Positions 1 through 8,546 of a stretch of 38,939 nt of DNA are shown one piece after another. How positions within the stretch are numbered: position 1 is the stretch's first letter; each line of letters starts with the position of its first letter. Source of the stretch: an uncultured Micavibrio sp. Lineage in GTDB: Bacteria > Pseudomonadota > Alphaproteobacteria > Micavibrionales > Micavibrionaceae. The position numbers were made by a program, and so were the translations under genes. Location: positions 1-38,939 of the forward strand of contig CAXBAL010000001.1 in NCBI GenBank assembly GCA_963973475.1, written 5' to 3'. Below the pieces are notes generated by a model, which was not told where the DNA came from, searched no databases, and worked only from the letters and a program-made list of their open reading frames with translations.

Positions 1-1753
1 GTCCATTTTGATCATATTTGATTTTGCCTTCTTTGATCACATCATCAAAGACTATTCGTGTAAGTTCTTCAGATTCAGCACCCGGATCTACATCTGTGTT
101 TTTGATTTCCTGTTCAATGTCCTTTTCTTCATCGGTCAGGAATTCATAATAAACGCCATTTCTACGGATATATGTTTGTTGCTCCAAAAGGTTTAATGCA
201 GCTTCAACCGTTTTCCTTAGATCTGCTGTTTCTCGATCTATGCGGTCATGCATTAGGATGCAAATGTTTGTCAGCGTAGGCTTGAATTCTTTAACATACT
301 TGACCAGAAACAGTGCTTTAAGAACGCTAACGGCATATTCGTCAGGCAGGTTTTTATCAGCTTTAAGTATGGATTTCTGAATTTGTGATTTGAGTGCACT
401 GCTGATCCCATCAAACATCATATCGAATGTTGCTAAAGCCCCAATTTCTTTCTGGTTCAATTGAATAGCGACTTGTTGGAAAACGCCAAGCATAGATCGT
501 TCGCCAACAGAACTATGACGGCCCTCAAAGGCATTGTGTCCCGATAAATTTTGAATTGCTGCTTGGAACAGTGTGAATTGGTAAGGAATAAATGGATAGC
601 AATTGATAAAATGCTCTTTATCTTTGAAATTTCTGTAAGTTTGTGAACCATCCACGAAATCAAACAGCGTTCTAAAATCATTAGAATACTGGTCGTAGAC
701 TGATGATAATGTAGAAGTAACGCTGGGTACCTTATCTAAAAGGCGCCTTTGAATAACTTCAGCCACGTCTTGACTTGTGAGCTTCATTTTATTGGCGAAG
801 CGTGCCTGAATTTTAGAAAAGTCATTGCCTTGCTGCCCATCCATTTCACCAATGACATTGCTCATGTCTTCCTGTGCTGTGACTATCACCCAAGCTTGCC
901 CGCGACATTTTGTAGCAAGGCTCTCTGCGATGGTTTGCAGGTTTGTCATTAGTTTAATGTTATCCGCAATATACTGGCCGACCTCATCAACGAAAAAATT
1001 AAGGCGGAAATTTTTTTCTTTTGTTTGAATATAGTTCCAAACCTGATCGGCAAAATCCTCAATAGAAACCTTATATTCAGATCTGTATTTTCCGAGGATG
1101 TCTTTATAGTCTCCTGTATCCCCGCCCATTACGTCAGCATAGGCTTTTGCGATATTTGAGCTTTCTAAAATGGCTTGTTCTCGCCCTGTTTCCCATTCTT
1201 TGCCCGAATGCGTTTTAAATGCATCCTTAAAAGTTTTATATTGCTTACGCTGATCAAGATCTCTTTCAAATTGTGCAATATGGCCTTGTTTGCCGTAATA
1301 TCCACACATTTCATCAAATACTTTTACAAAAACAGAGAGCAAAGCATCAATTTCCGTTTTACTGATAACATCGGCTTTTTGGTCGATGTTAAATAAAATG
1401 CTTTGCGAGGGCAGAGTAGCTGCCTTTTGGATTTCTGCTTTCAGAAATTCGTCCTGACATTTGGCTATGAAAACATCCAGAGCTTTCATACCATCAATTT
1501 CTTTGTTCTCTAGAAGAATGGAAAGGATTTTGAGAAGGTGGGATTTTCCGGATCCAAAAAAGCCAGATATCCAAACGCCATTAGCATTGCTGTAGTTGTT
1601 ATATGCATCCAGAAAGCTGCTAAGTCTTTGCGCGACTTCATTTGTAAGAACATATTCTTCTACCTCTAAACGCAAAGCTGACGCATCATCGGCTTTAATG
1701 ACCCCCTCAATTGAGCGGTCGATGGGCTTGGTATAGATGTCTTGTAGTTTCAT
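1..1753 (-). CDS. brxC: BREX ATPase BrxC/PglY, N-terminal 584 codons (3' end beyond left edge of window)
   Basis: Absent from the ORF track because no stop lies in the window. My translation from the ATG at 1753-1751 reads MKLQDIYTKPIDRSIEGVIKADDASALRLEVEEYVLTNEV... It has a P-loop GFFGSGKSHLLK and a Walker-B-like FFVDEVGQY. The frame stays open to the edge. The gene lies directly downstream of brxA-brxB. Confidence 0.85.
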   Translation of the reverse strand, partial: MKLQDIYTKPIDRSIEGVIKADDASALRLEVEEYVLTNEVAQRLSSFLDAYNNYSNANGVWISGFFGSGKSHLLKILSILLENKEIDGMKALDVFIAKCQDEFLKAEIQKAATLPSQSILFNIDQKADVISKTEIDALLSVFVKVFDEMCGYYGKQGHIAQFERDLDQRKQYKTFKDAFKTHSGKEWETGREQAILESSNIAKAYADVMGGDTGDYKDILGKYRSEYKVSIEDFADQVWNYIQTKEKNFRLNFFVDEVGQYIADNIKLMTNLQTIAESLATKCRGQAWVIVTAQEDMSNVIGEMDGQQGNDFSKIQARFANKMKLTSQDVAEVIQRRLLDKVPSVTSTLSSVYDQYSNDFRTLFDFVDGSQTYRNFKDKEHFINCYPFIPYQFTLFQAAIQNLSGHNAFEGRHSSVGERSMLGVFQQVAIQLNQKEIGALATFDMMFDGISSALKSQIQKSILKADKNLPDEYAVSVLKALFLVKYVKEFKPTLTNICILMHDRIDRETADLRKTVEAALNLLEQQTYIRRNGVYYEFLTDEEKDIEQEIKNTDVDPGAESEELTRIVFDDVIKEGKIKYDQNG

Positions 1754-1768
1754 GTGTTTCCGACCCTT

Positions 1769-2353
1769 TTATACTTCATAGTGATATATATTAAATGCTC
1801 TGTAATACTTGTCGTCTTGCAGGCGCCCAAACAACTGTAGAGACGCGCCATCTTCAAGAGAATGCTCGTATCTCCCCGGAAAGAACATGACCGTGGGCTG
1901 TTCTTTTGCGGTGCTCTGTAAGTTATTCAAAACATTATGTGAGCGGATGTATGGAAAAACCTCGCCTATTCCTGTGATTAAAAGAATATCAAATTGGGAT
2001 TGGTCCATTTTTTCTTTGATTGCCGGAATTAAATGGTTTTCTGTATCCAGAACTCCCTGCAGAAGCTCTTTTAATTCGGCTTTTGAAATTCCACCTTCGT
2101 TATTTAGTAGATTTTCCCATATCCCTCTTTTTTTGATGATTTCGATTGATAGCTCATAGAGATCAATTTGGAGGGCATTTATGGTGGTCTCGCTGAGCTT
2201 TTTGATTAAGCGAGGCAACATTACTTTTATTTCAAGTTCATCTTTAGGATCGTAAGGAAAAATGAAAAAAGGCAATTCATTTCCTAGACCTTGTTTATTT
2301 AAGAATTTTCTGCTGGAAAGCACCGCTGTAAGATGTTCGAGTGGGTTATGCAT
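1769..2353 (-). CDS. brxB: BREX protein BrxB (DUF1788 family)
   Basis: 194 aa ORF. It shows the DUF1788-like pattern (GLGNELPFFIFPYDPKDELE ... IDLYELSIEII ... FPGRY). It overlaps brxA by 8 nt and is followed by brxC. Confidence 0.85.
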   Translation of the reverse strand: MHNPLEHLTAVLSSRKFLNKQGLGNELPFFIFPYDPKDELEIKVMLPRLIKKLSETTINALQIDLYELSIEIIKKRGIWENLLNNEGGISKAELKELLQGVLDTENHLIPAIKEKMDQSQFDILLITGIGEVFPYIRSHNVLNNLQSTAKEQPTVMFFPGRYEHSLEDGASLQLFGRLQDDKYYRAFNIYHYEV

Positions 2354-2978
2354 ATGACTGCGCCTCCTGAAAATCGTAGGCAGGCAAAATTTCTTTAATA
2401 TTCACGCCATATTTTTTAGATAAATATACAATTTTACTTCCGACCTGATTGTGCATCTGAATTGAATTCTGATCTGAAAGTATGTCCATCTCTTTGAGCA
2501 TTCTAAACAAGACCTGTCTGATCTTCTTCTGTGTGCTCGGAGATAATTTGTCTAATTCCTCATTCCACTGAGATTTTGCATTATAGAAGCGATCATAGTC
2601 GTCATAAGTTATGGAGTAGTCCAAAGCATGAATTTTGTCGCTCACAATCTCCCGCATAAAATCAGCAATAAATTGATAAGTTTTACAAATGCAAAGCCAC
2701 AGAGCTTGTTTTTGTTCTGCGGAGGATACCAAATCTCTAATTAATTCTAGATCGGAATCATCCACCCAAGATAGTCTTAGCTCTATTTCTCTAATAAGCC
2801 TTTTACCACTACTTTGTGTGCGGACGGCCAATATATTAGCGCTGCTGACAGCCTCTTTTACCTTAGACCAATCATTTGATTGAAGATAATATTTAATGAC
2901 TGATACGCTTTCCGCGTGGAGAATGGCTCCAGCAGTAAAAGAAAGATTGTATTTTTTTGCACCCTCTACTTTTTGCAT
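2346..2978 (-). CDS. brxA: BREX protein BrxA (DUF1819 family)
   Basis: 210 aa ORF with a DUF1819-like pattern (YNLSFTAGAIL..ES, SGKRLIREIELRL, ICKTYQFIADFMREIV). It is the first BREX core gene in the brxA-brxB-brxC order. Confidence 0.85.
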   Translation of the reverse strand: MQKVEGAKKYNLSFTAGAILHAESVSVIKYYLQSNDWSKVKEAVSSANILAVRTQSSGKRLIREIELRLSWVDDSDLELIRDLVSSAEQKQALWLCICKTYQFIADFMREIVSDKIHALDYSITYDDYDRFYNAKSQWNEELDKLSPSTQKKIRQVLFRMLKEMDILSDQNSIQMHNQVGSKIVYLSKKYGVNIKEILPAYDFQEAQSYA

Positions 2979-3145
2979 TTTGCCTGTTCTTCAATCCACG
3001 TATCGATTTCACTTTTTCTAAAGCGCCAGCTCCCACCAACTTTAAAGCCTGGTATTTCACCTTTGGCCGCTAGGCGATAGGCCGTTTTCTCATTCAGCTT
3101 GAGATACTCTGAAAGTTCTTTGACTGTAAAAATGTCGGTATTCAC
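2966..3145 (-). CDS. small excisionase-family (HTH_17-like) DNA-binding protein leading the BREX operon
   Basis: The core sequence is FTVKELSEYLKLNEKTAYRLAAKGEIPGFKVGGSWRFRKSEIDTWI. The track ORF extends to 3208 (GTG), and an in-frame ATG lies at 3193. I prefer the GTG at 3145 because GGGGA lies about 7 nt upstream of it. The stop overlaps the brxA start by 13 nt. Confidence 0.6.
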   Translation of the reverse strand: MNTDIFTVKELSEYLKLNEKTAYRLAAKGEIPGFKVGGSWRFRKSEIDTWIEEQAKCKK

Positions 3146-3308
3146 ATTATTTCCCCATGATTCAGAAAAAACATAAATGAGAAAATAAGTCATTTTTAAG
3201 AAGAGCACAATACTCGATCTTTCATATAAGCTAACAATACGGAGGGATTTAGAGCAGTATTGATTTTGCAGAATGATTTAAGTTATGCCCGATTTCATCC
3301 ACTGAAAA

Positions 3309-3317
3309 TGTGGATAA
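3309..3317 (-). promoter_or_regulatory. perfect DnaA box (TGTGGATAA on +, TTATCCACA on -)
   Basis: Exact 9-mer read in the sequence. It is embedded in the inverted repeat ATCCAC-N7-GTGGAT. Confidence 0.5.
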
Positions 3318-3322
3318 TTATT

Positions 3323-3901
3323 TTACGTTCCGAATAGTCGAGCAAAGAAGCCCCTCTTTTCATTATTTAAAAGCTTTTCCTGCTGGCTTTTTAATTCATT
3401 GATAACTGTTTCGAGATCGCTGAATTTCTTCTCATGTGATTTTTCTTTTTCCTCGATCTTGTCTTTCTCAGATCGCTGGTCGGTGAGCATGAGCGTCAGC
3501 CGGTCTTTTTGTTCTTCGGCTTTTATGCGCTGCTCTTCTGTTTTTTCAAGACGAGAGCGGAGGTCTCCAATCTGATCAGAGAGCTGTTTGCGTTCTCTTT
3601 CTCGCTCTGTCTCAAAACTTTTGAGTTTTTCGCGCATCAACTCCAATTCTGTTGAGACATTATCACTGTCTTGATTTGTCTCACCTTTTTTCTTTTTGGC
3701 TTTCTCGGCCTTCTCAACTTCTTCCAGAGTTTTGAGTTGATCACCATAGACGCGAACCAGCTCGGCCACATCTATGATCTTATTTCCCTTATCGTCTTGC
3801 TCGGTTGATATGGATTTCTCGTCGATGTGACGATAGAAAGTGGCGCGGGAAACGCCAACCATTTTAGCTGCTTTGGAAACAGATACTTTATTTGTACTCA
3901 T
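3323..3901 (-). CDS. HTH DNA-binding protein with long charged coiled-coil (KfrA-like architecture)
   Basis: N-terminal HTH (VSVSKAAKMVGVSRATFYRHI) followed by about 130 aa of E/K/R-rich heptad-like sequence. I chose the start at ATG 3901 (MSTNKV), which is preceded by GGTGAG. The track ORF starts further upstream at 3937. Confidence 0.6.
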   Translation of the reverse strand: MSTNKVSVSKAAKMVGVSRATFYRHIDEKSISTEQDDKGNKIIDVAELVRVYGDQLKTLEEVEKAEKAKKKKGETNQDSDNVSTELELMREKLKSFETERERERKQLSDQIGDLRSRLEKTEEQRIKAEEQKDRLTLMLTDQRSEKDKIEEKEKSHEKKFSDLETVINELKSQQEKLLNNEKRGFFARLFGT

Positions 3902-4045
3902 TTTCTCACCTCGTCGCATGAGACATCTCTGCGACATTTGTATTACTTTCTCACAGTATAAAGAAATTTTTTAAGAAAAAAATCCCTATTACCAAAAATC
4001 AGATTCGCATTGTGAGTCAAATCAGAGTGTCCAGAACTGTCTTAC

Positions 4046-4054
4046 TTATCCACA
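4046..4054 (+). promoter_or_regulatory. perfect DnaA box TTATCCACA
   Basis: Exact 9-mer, followed by TGAGACTGT. Confidence 0.5.
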
Positions 4055-4189
4055 TGAGACTGTGTGTAAGAGAGTTCCAGAAGTGTCTCAATTTTTATTA
4101 CATTTCTAAAATCGCCTTCTATCAATGCCTACAGAAGAATTTAATTAAAATTGCAGCCTGTCTTATCTTGTCTAATGAGAATGTTACGT

Positions 4190-4198
4190 TGTGGATAA
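4190..4198 (-). promoter_or_regulatory. perfect DnaA box (TGTGGATAA on +)
   Basis: Exact 9-mer, followed by TGAGACAGT. The flank is similar to that of the box at 4046. Confidence 0.5.
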
Positions 4199-4393
4199 TG
4201 AGACAGTATGATAGATTTTTTATAAGAGATTCAGAATCAGTTAATGATTTTGGGTTTCTAGCACCGCAATTTCCATCCGGAGATTGCAGCTATGTCCCCG
4301 CCCTAGGCGGTGCAAGCCGTCAATACCAGGGCAATTTTAACCGTTGAACCAATAATTAGAAAGGAGAAAGCTTAATTTAGAACCCAGATAAGC

Positions 4394-4453
4394 AAAAACC
4401 GCTGTTGGCGCAGCGGTCTAGCTAAATAAATCAGCGATATATTCTTATTTCGT
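4394..4453 (-). ncRNA. predicted counter-transcribed RNA (ctRNA) antisense to the repC leader
   Basis: A minus-strand promoter (see next feature) lies about 7 nt upstream of the predicted start. The minus-strand terminator has a stem at 4398-4404/4411-4417 (ACCGCTG/CAGCGGT), a 6-nt loop and a T5 run (4394-4398 on +). The predicted length is about 60 nt and the RNA lies about 110 nt upstream of the repC ATG, as in repABC-type replicons. Confidence 0.45.
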
Positions 4454-4459
4454 ACTCTC

Positions 4460-4488
4460 AATATACCGCTGAACGAATCAGGACGCAA
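4460..4488 (-). promoter_or_regulatory. sigma70-like promoter for the ctRNA (TTGCGT-17 nt-TATATT on minus strand)
   Basis: The -35 is the reverse complement of 4483-4488. The -10 is the reverse complement of 4460-4465. The spacer is exactly 17 nt. Confidence 0.45.
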
Positions 4489-4560
4489 GTGAAAAAAGTG
4501 TTTTTTCGCGACCCTTTTTTGCGGCCTAGTTTCAGGGGTTTCTAATGGCTTAAATGAAAC

Positions 4561-5886
4561 ATGCAGATATTAGATATTAATTCGCCAAGTGCATTTGGCG
4601 GACGGGTAAGCTCACCCAAATTTCGGGCAGGCTTACAGGATTTGGATGAATATATAGGCCTTGAAGAGGATGTTGATCGCTTCAAAGCCCTTAAACTTGT
4701 TAAGATGGCAGGCAAGGATGCAGGGTTTTCTGCTGAATTGGTCGAGCTTCTAGAGTATTACGTGATCCGTACAGATGAAGCAGACTGGCAAGAAGGCTCC
4801 CAGCCTATCAATTACCAGAGCGTCACTACGACTGCCCTGGATCTTGATATATCTGAAAGACAGGTGAGAAACCGTGAGAAAGCTCTTCATGCCCTCGGCG
4901 CACTGACTTGGCAAGATTCCGGTAATTTTAAACGCTACGGCATGAGAGATCGTGAGACACGAGAAATTAAATATGCTTTCGGTGTTGATTTGTCACCCCT
5001 TGCCTCTTTAATGCCTGCACTGGAAGCAAAAGTCGCTGCCAAGCAAGCTGCTAAAGCCAAATGGAATGATACAAAGCGTAAAATTTCAGCCTATAGAGCA
5101 CGTATAAGAGCCTTGATTGCAGAGGCTGGTCATTATGATGAGCTGGATGAGATGCTTCTCCATATAACGCATGAATACGAAAAAGTGTCTTACTCTATCC
5201 GGACATATCATTCTCAAAGCGATCTGGATAAGCTCCTTGCTGAGCATAAAGCATTATATGAGGCTCTTAATCAGAGTTTGGAAGGGGTTGCTCAAGCTGA
5301 GGATAAGTCTTCTTTTTCTTGTGATACGTCCGCCACGGACGAAACTGACTTCCCCCACATACAATGTACAAACCTTCAAACATCTAATAAATTAGATTAC
5401 TGTAACCGTTCCGGTATTAGCCTTCAGGAAGGCGTAGCGGCTTCTTCAGAGACCAATAACAAACATACAGCAAGTGGAGGGATCGCTAAAGAACAAGAAG
5501 CTGAATCCAACAAAATAGCTGAAACAATCAGTAATATTACGTGGAAGCAGGTGCTCAATGCTTGTTCTGATCGTTTTAAAGAACGGATACCCCTGCATGA
5601 GCGGCCATTGTCCTGGCAAGATCTAACCGATGCTGCACACGGACTTCTTCCGACGTTAGGCATCCATAAATCTGCGTGGTGGGAGGCTTGTTCTACTCTG
5701 GGCCGCACTGGTGCTACAATCTGTATCATGATTATTGATCAAAAGATGCAAGATCCGTCCAATCCTGTCCGCAGCCCCGGCGGTTATTTACGAGAAATGA
5801 CGGTTCGCGCGCAGAAAGGCGAGTTAAATTTACAAGGCTCGATTTTTGGACTATTAAAGCGGAGCGAGGAAAGTAAAGATGCGTAA
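4561..5886 (+). CDS. repC: plasmid replication initiator RepC (no repAB upstream)
   Basis: 441 aa. RepC N-domain pattern: GNFKRYGMRDRETREIKYAFGVDLSPL. RepC C-domain pattern: LGIHKSAWWEA...SPGGYLREMT. Confidence 0.85.
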   Translation: MQILDINSPSAFGGRVSSPKFRAGLQDLDEYIGLEEDVDRFKALKLVKMAGKDAGFSAELVELLEYYVIRTDEADWQEGSQPINYQSVTTTALDLDISERQVRNREKALHALGALTWQDSGNFKRYGMRDRETREIKYAFGVDLSPLASLMPALEAKVAAKQAAKAKWNDTKRKISAYRARIRALIAEAGHYDELDEMLLHITHEYEKVSYSIRTYHSQSDLDKLLAEHKALYEALNQSLEGVAQAEDKSSFSCDTSATDETDFPHIQCTNLQTSNKLDYCNRSGISLQEGVAASSETNNKHTASGGIAKEQEAESNKIAETISNITWKQVLNACSDRFKERIPLHERPLSWQDLTDAAHGLLPTLGIHKSAWWEACSTLGRTGATICIMIIDQKMQDPSNPVRSPGGYLREMTVRAQKGELNLQGSIFGLLKRSEESKDA

Positions 5887-6388
5887 AATCATCCCCCTAC
5901 TCTCAGTTTGTGCCCTGATTATCTTCGCCTTGGCATTTGCCGCGCATAACGGACAGGCGCAAAATCATCTTACCGGCGTTATCAATCATTTTACGGATGG
6001 TGACAGCTTCATAATACATGGCCGAAAAGTCAGGCTTTGGGGTATTGATGCGCCGGAATACTATCAAAATTGCCGTGATGCGACTGGCAAGGCATATCCT
6101 TGCGGCAAGCAGGCGCGTCAATTTTTTGAGAATTTGGCAGTATCTCGCGCTGTCTCATGCGACATTATGCCTGCGGCCAAGCGAGAAAGCCGAATTGTAG
6201 CAAAATGCTCTCTGGGTGAAGCCGATTTAGGCAGTGAAATCGTCAGTGCCGGCCATGCCATTGACTATACCTATTTCAGTGATGGATTCTACAAATCCGA
6301 GGAAAGCGCCGCAAAATCAGCACAGAAAGGTATCTGGAAAGGTACGTTCACAGAGCCTTATCAATGGAGGAAGCAAAATAAACGGTGA
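5879..6388 (+). CDS. secreted thermonuclease (staphylococcal nuclease/SNase family)
   Basis: Signal peptide MRKIIPLLSVCALIIFALAFAAHNGQAQ. SNase motifs: TDGDSF..VRLWGIDAPE ... R.VAKC. The ATG overlaps the repC stop by 8 nt. Confidence 0.8.
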   Translation: MRKIIPLLSVCALIIFALAFAAHNGQAQNHLTGVINHFTDGDSFIIHGRKVRLWGIDAPEYYQNCRDATGKAYPCGKQARQFFENLAVSRAVSCDIMPAAKRESRIVAKCSLGEADLGSEIVSAGHAIDYTYFSDGFYKSEESAAKSAQKGIWKGTFTEPYQWRKQNKR

Positions 6389-6484
6389 GAAATGGTGTTT
6401 CTCGCTCTGTTCAGCTTAAAAAACCGTGTCAATGTACGCTAAAGACATCCAGATCAATCGTTGTTACAGAAATAATAAAACATT

Positions 6485-6512
6485 TTGCAAATATAAAAGT
6501 TTGTTTTATAAT
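6485..6512 (+). promoter_or_regulatory. sigma70-like promoter TTGCAA-16 nt-TATAAT upstream of the ATPase gene
   Basis: The hexamers are at 6485-6490 and 6507-6512, about 40 nt upstream of the ATG at 6554. Confidence 0.4.
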
Positions 6513-6553
6513 TTATAAAAGATGGATTTATAACTACAGGATTTAAATTTTCA

Positions 6554-7795
6554 ATGTCACATATCAAAAGACACGCACGACATAGACTTCTAAAGGCATT
6601 AAATGTCAGCCCTGTCGTGTTTTTAAATGGTCCGCGACAGGCTGGCAAGAGCACATTGGTACAATCCATTGCCAAGAAAGATTACCCAGCCGAATATGTG
6701 ACTTTTGATAGTACAACACAAATGGCTGCCGCCGCCAACTCTCCTGAGAGCTATTTGAAAGAGCGTAAAGGTGCCTTAATCATTGATGAAGTTCAGCTTG
6801 TTCCGGAGATTTTCAGAGCCTTAAAGGTTGTCGTGGATGAATTGAGACTGGAACAACCAAAACTCAAAGGGCGTTTTCTACTCACAGGGTCAGCCAATAT
6901 TATGGCCTTGCCGAAATTATCAGATCCTTTGGTTGGTCGCATGAGCGTTTTAACGCTCTATCCGTTGGCCGCTTCAGAAGCCTTGGCCGGCGACGGTAAT
7001 TTTATCGAAAGGCTCTTTAACAAAGAATTTGAGCCAGATTCTGCCAAATATAAACTGGCCGAGGTTATACGCCTAGCGACCTATCCGGAAATTTCAGGTT
7101 CAGAAAAACTTGAGCGCACAACCTGGTTTGATGGTTATCTGACCACTATTTTACAACGAGATGTCCGCGCTCTTGCTGAAATTGAAAAATTAAGCACGCT
7201 GCCTAATTTGCTTCGGATTTTGGCTAATCGCGCCGGCGGTTTGGTGAATGATGCGGATATCGCAAGGGATGCCGGTTTAAATCCTGTGACGTCCCGGAAT
7301 TACAAAACCTTGCTTAAAATGCTGTTCCTGACTTTCGAGCTGGCGCCCTGGTCGCGCAATATTGGAAAACGTCTTGTCAAATCCCCAAAAGGTTATATGA
7401 GCGATACTTTGCTCTTATGCCATCTCATGCAGTATGAGCTGAGCGATCTTGAACAAAACAGACCGGAGCTTTTTGGGCATGTTCTTGAGAACTTTGTTGC
7501 GACCGAACTTCTCAAGCTTATGACATTTCAAAATGAGAAGATGGATTTATACCATTTCAGAACCAGTGATAATAAGGAAGTTGATTTTGTCTTGGAAAAA
7601 TCTAACGGGCAATTAGCTGCAATCGAGGTTAAGCAGCGGGATAGCGTCTCAAAAGCTGATTTTAAAGGTCTGGAAGAGCTTCAGCGTTTAGCAGGTCATG
7701 ATTTCATATGCGGAATAGTCTTGTATCGCGGCCGTGATGTTGTTCCGTTCGGCCAAAATCTATGGGCAGTGCCTGTGAGCAATCTTTGGCTTTAA
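6554..7795 (+). CDS. AAA-family ATPase with DUF4143-type C-terminal domain
   Basis: 413 aa. Walker A: GPRQAGKST. Walker B: ALIIDEVQ. The C-terminal half is typical of AAA_14/DUF4143 proteins (FENFVATEL, EVDFVLE). Confidence 0.8.
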   Translation: MSHIKRHARHRLLKALNVSPVVFLNGPRQAGKSTLVQSIAKKDYPAEYVTFDSTTQMAAAANSPESYLKERKGALIIDEVQLVPEIFRALKVVVDELRLEQPKLKGRFLLTGSANIMALPKLSDPLVGRMSVLTLYPLAASEALAGDGNFIERLFNKEFEPDSAKYKLAEVIRLATYPEISGSEKLERTTWFDGYLTTILQRDVRALAEIEKLSTLPNLLRILANRAGGLVNDADIARDAGLNPVTSRNYKTLLKMLFLTFELAPWSRNIGKRLVKSPKGYMSDTLLLCHLMQYELSDLEQNRPELFGHVLENFVATELLKLMTFQNEKMDLYHFRTSDNKEVDFVLEKSNGQLAAIEVKQRDSVSKADFKGLEELQRLAGHDFICGIVLYRGRDVVPFGQNLWAVPVSNLWL

Positions 7796-7846
7796 ATTAA
7801 CCTAGAAATTAATAAAACGTTTGAAAAAATAACCTGTAAGTTAATT

Positions 7847-8449
7847 TTACGCGGAAAGTTGTCGGGCAATCTCCGCAAGCCACGCGCTTTTAATATATCG
7901 CAGATTCTTGCGTATCTGGCTCTTATCACTGTCTGTTAAATGCCGGGCGCATTTTTGTATATGATCCCTTGTGACGTGCTTTTCCCCTAAATTATGAAGA
8001 GCCTGTAAAGTCACGCTCACGGGAGAATTCCAGTCTAGCAGAGTGTCCGGTATTGGGGATGACACCAGCCTGATTTGCTTATTTTTGACAGGAATTGTTT
8101 TTGGCTTGCCTGTTGTTGTGTAAACCACCTTTCCTGGAACTTGGGTTGTCAGCCCAAGTAGGTTTGCCGCTGTGGCTCCTGACTGTGCAATACGATCTCC
8201 TGTTTTTCTTGCAACGGCCTGTGCGACCCCTTTGACGCTCGGTGCCATGACACCGATATCTGCATCCAGTTTGGGGTAATCATATAGTCCACGCTGAATA
8301 CGGCGAATATCACCGTCCTGAACAAGACGGTATAAAATCACATCCACATTACTGCGTGATGCTAAATCGACAAAATCCTGCGGCGTAAAGACCCATCCAC
8401 GGCCTTTCCGCTTAATTCTGTTCATAATTTTTTGCGCTGTAGATAGCAT
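7847..8449 (-). CDS. AbiEi-like / DUF6088-family protein (antitoxin-like), no AbiEii partner
   Basis: Pattern: FTPQDFVDL...ILYRLVQDGDIRRIQRGLYDYP...SGATAANLLGLTTQVP. The start was chosen at ATG 8449, with AGGTGA 6 nt upstream. The track ORF starts at 8500. Confidence 0.6.
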   Translation of the reverse strand: MLSTAQKIMNRIKRKGRGWVFTPQDFVDLASRSNVDVILYRLVQDGDIRRIQRGLYDYPKLDADIGVMAPSVKGVAQAVARKTGDRIAQSGATAANLLGLTTQVPGKVVYTTTGKPKTIPVKNKQIRLVSSPIPDTLLDWNSPVSVTLQALHNLGEKHVTRDHIQKCARHLTDSDKSQIRKNLRYIKSAWLAEIARQLSA

Positions 8450-8546
8450 TTTTATCACCTCAATATGTAAGATAATAATATATATTAATCTTACATTCAA
8501 TTAGTTAATAATCTATGTATAACAAGGGTTTTGATAGGTTTTAATT

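Noticed and set aside
4012-4347. A 111-aa plus-strand ORF lies in the repC upstream region.
   Set aside because: It starts at a non-ATG codon (GTG) and has no SD. It lies in an AT-rich intergenic region containing DnaA boxes and repeats. Its composition is low-complexity and unlike a real protein. It is more likely non-coding origin or regulatory DNA.
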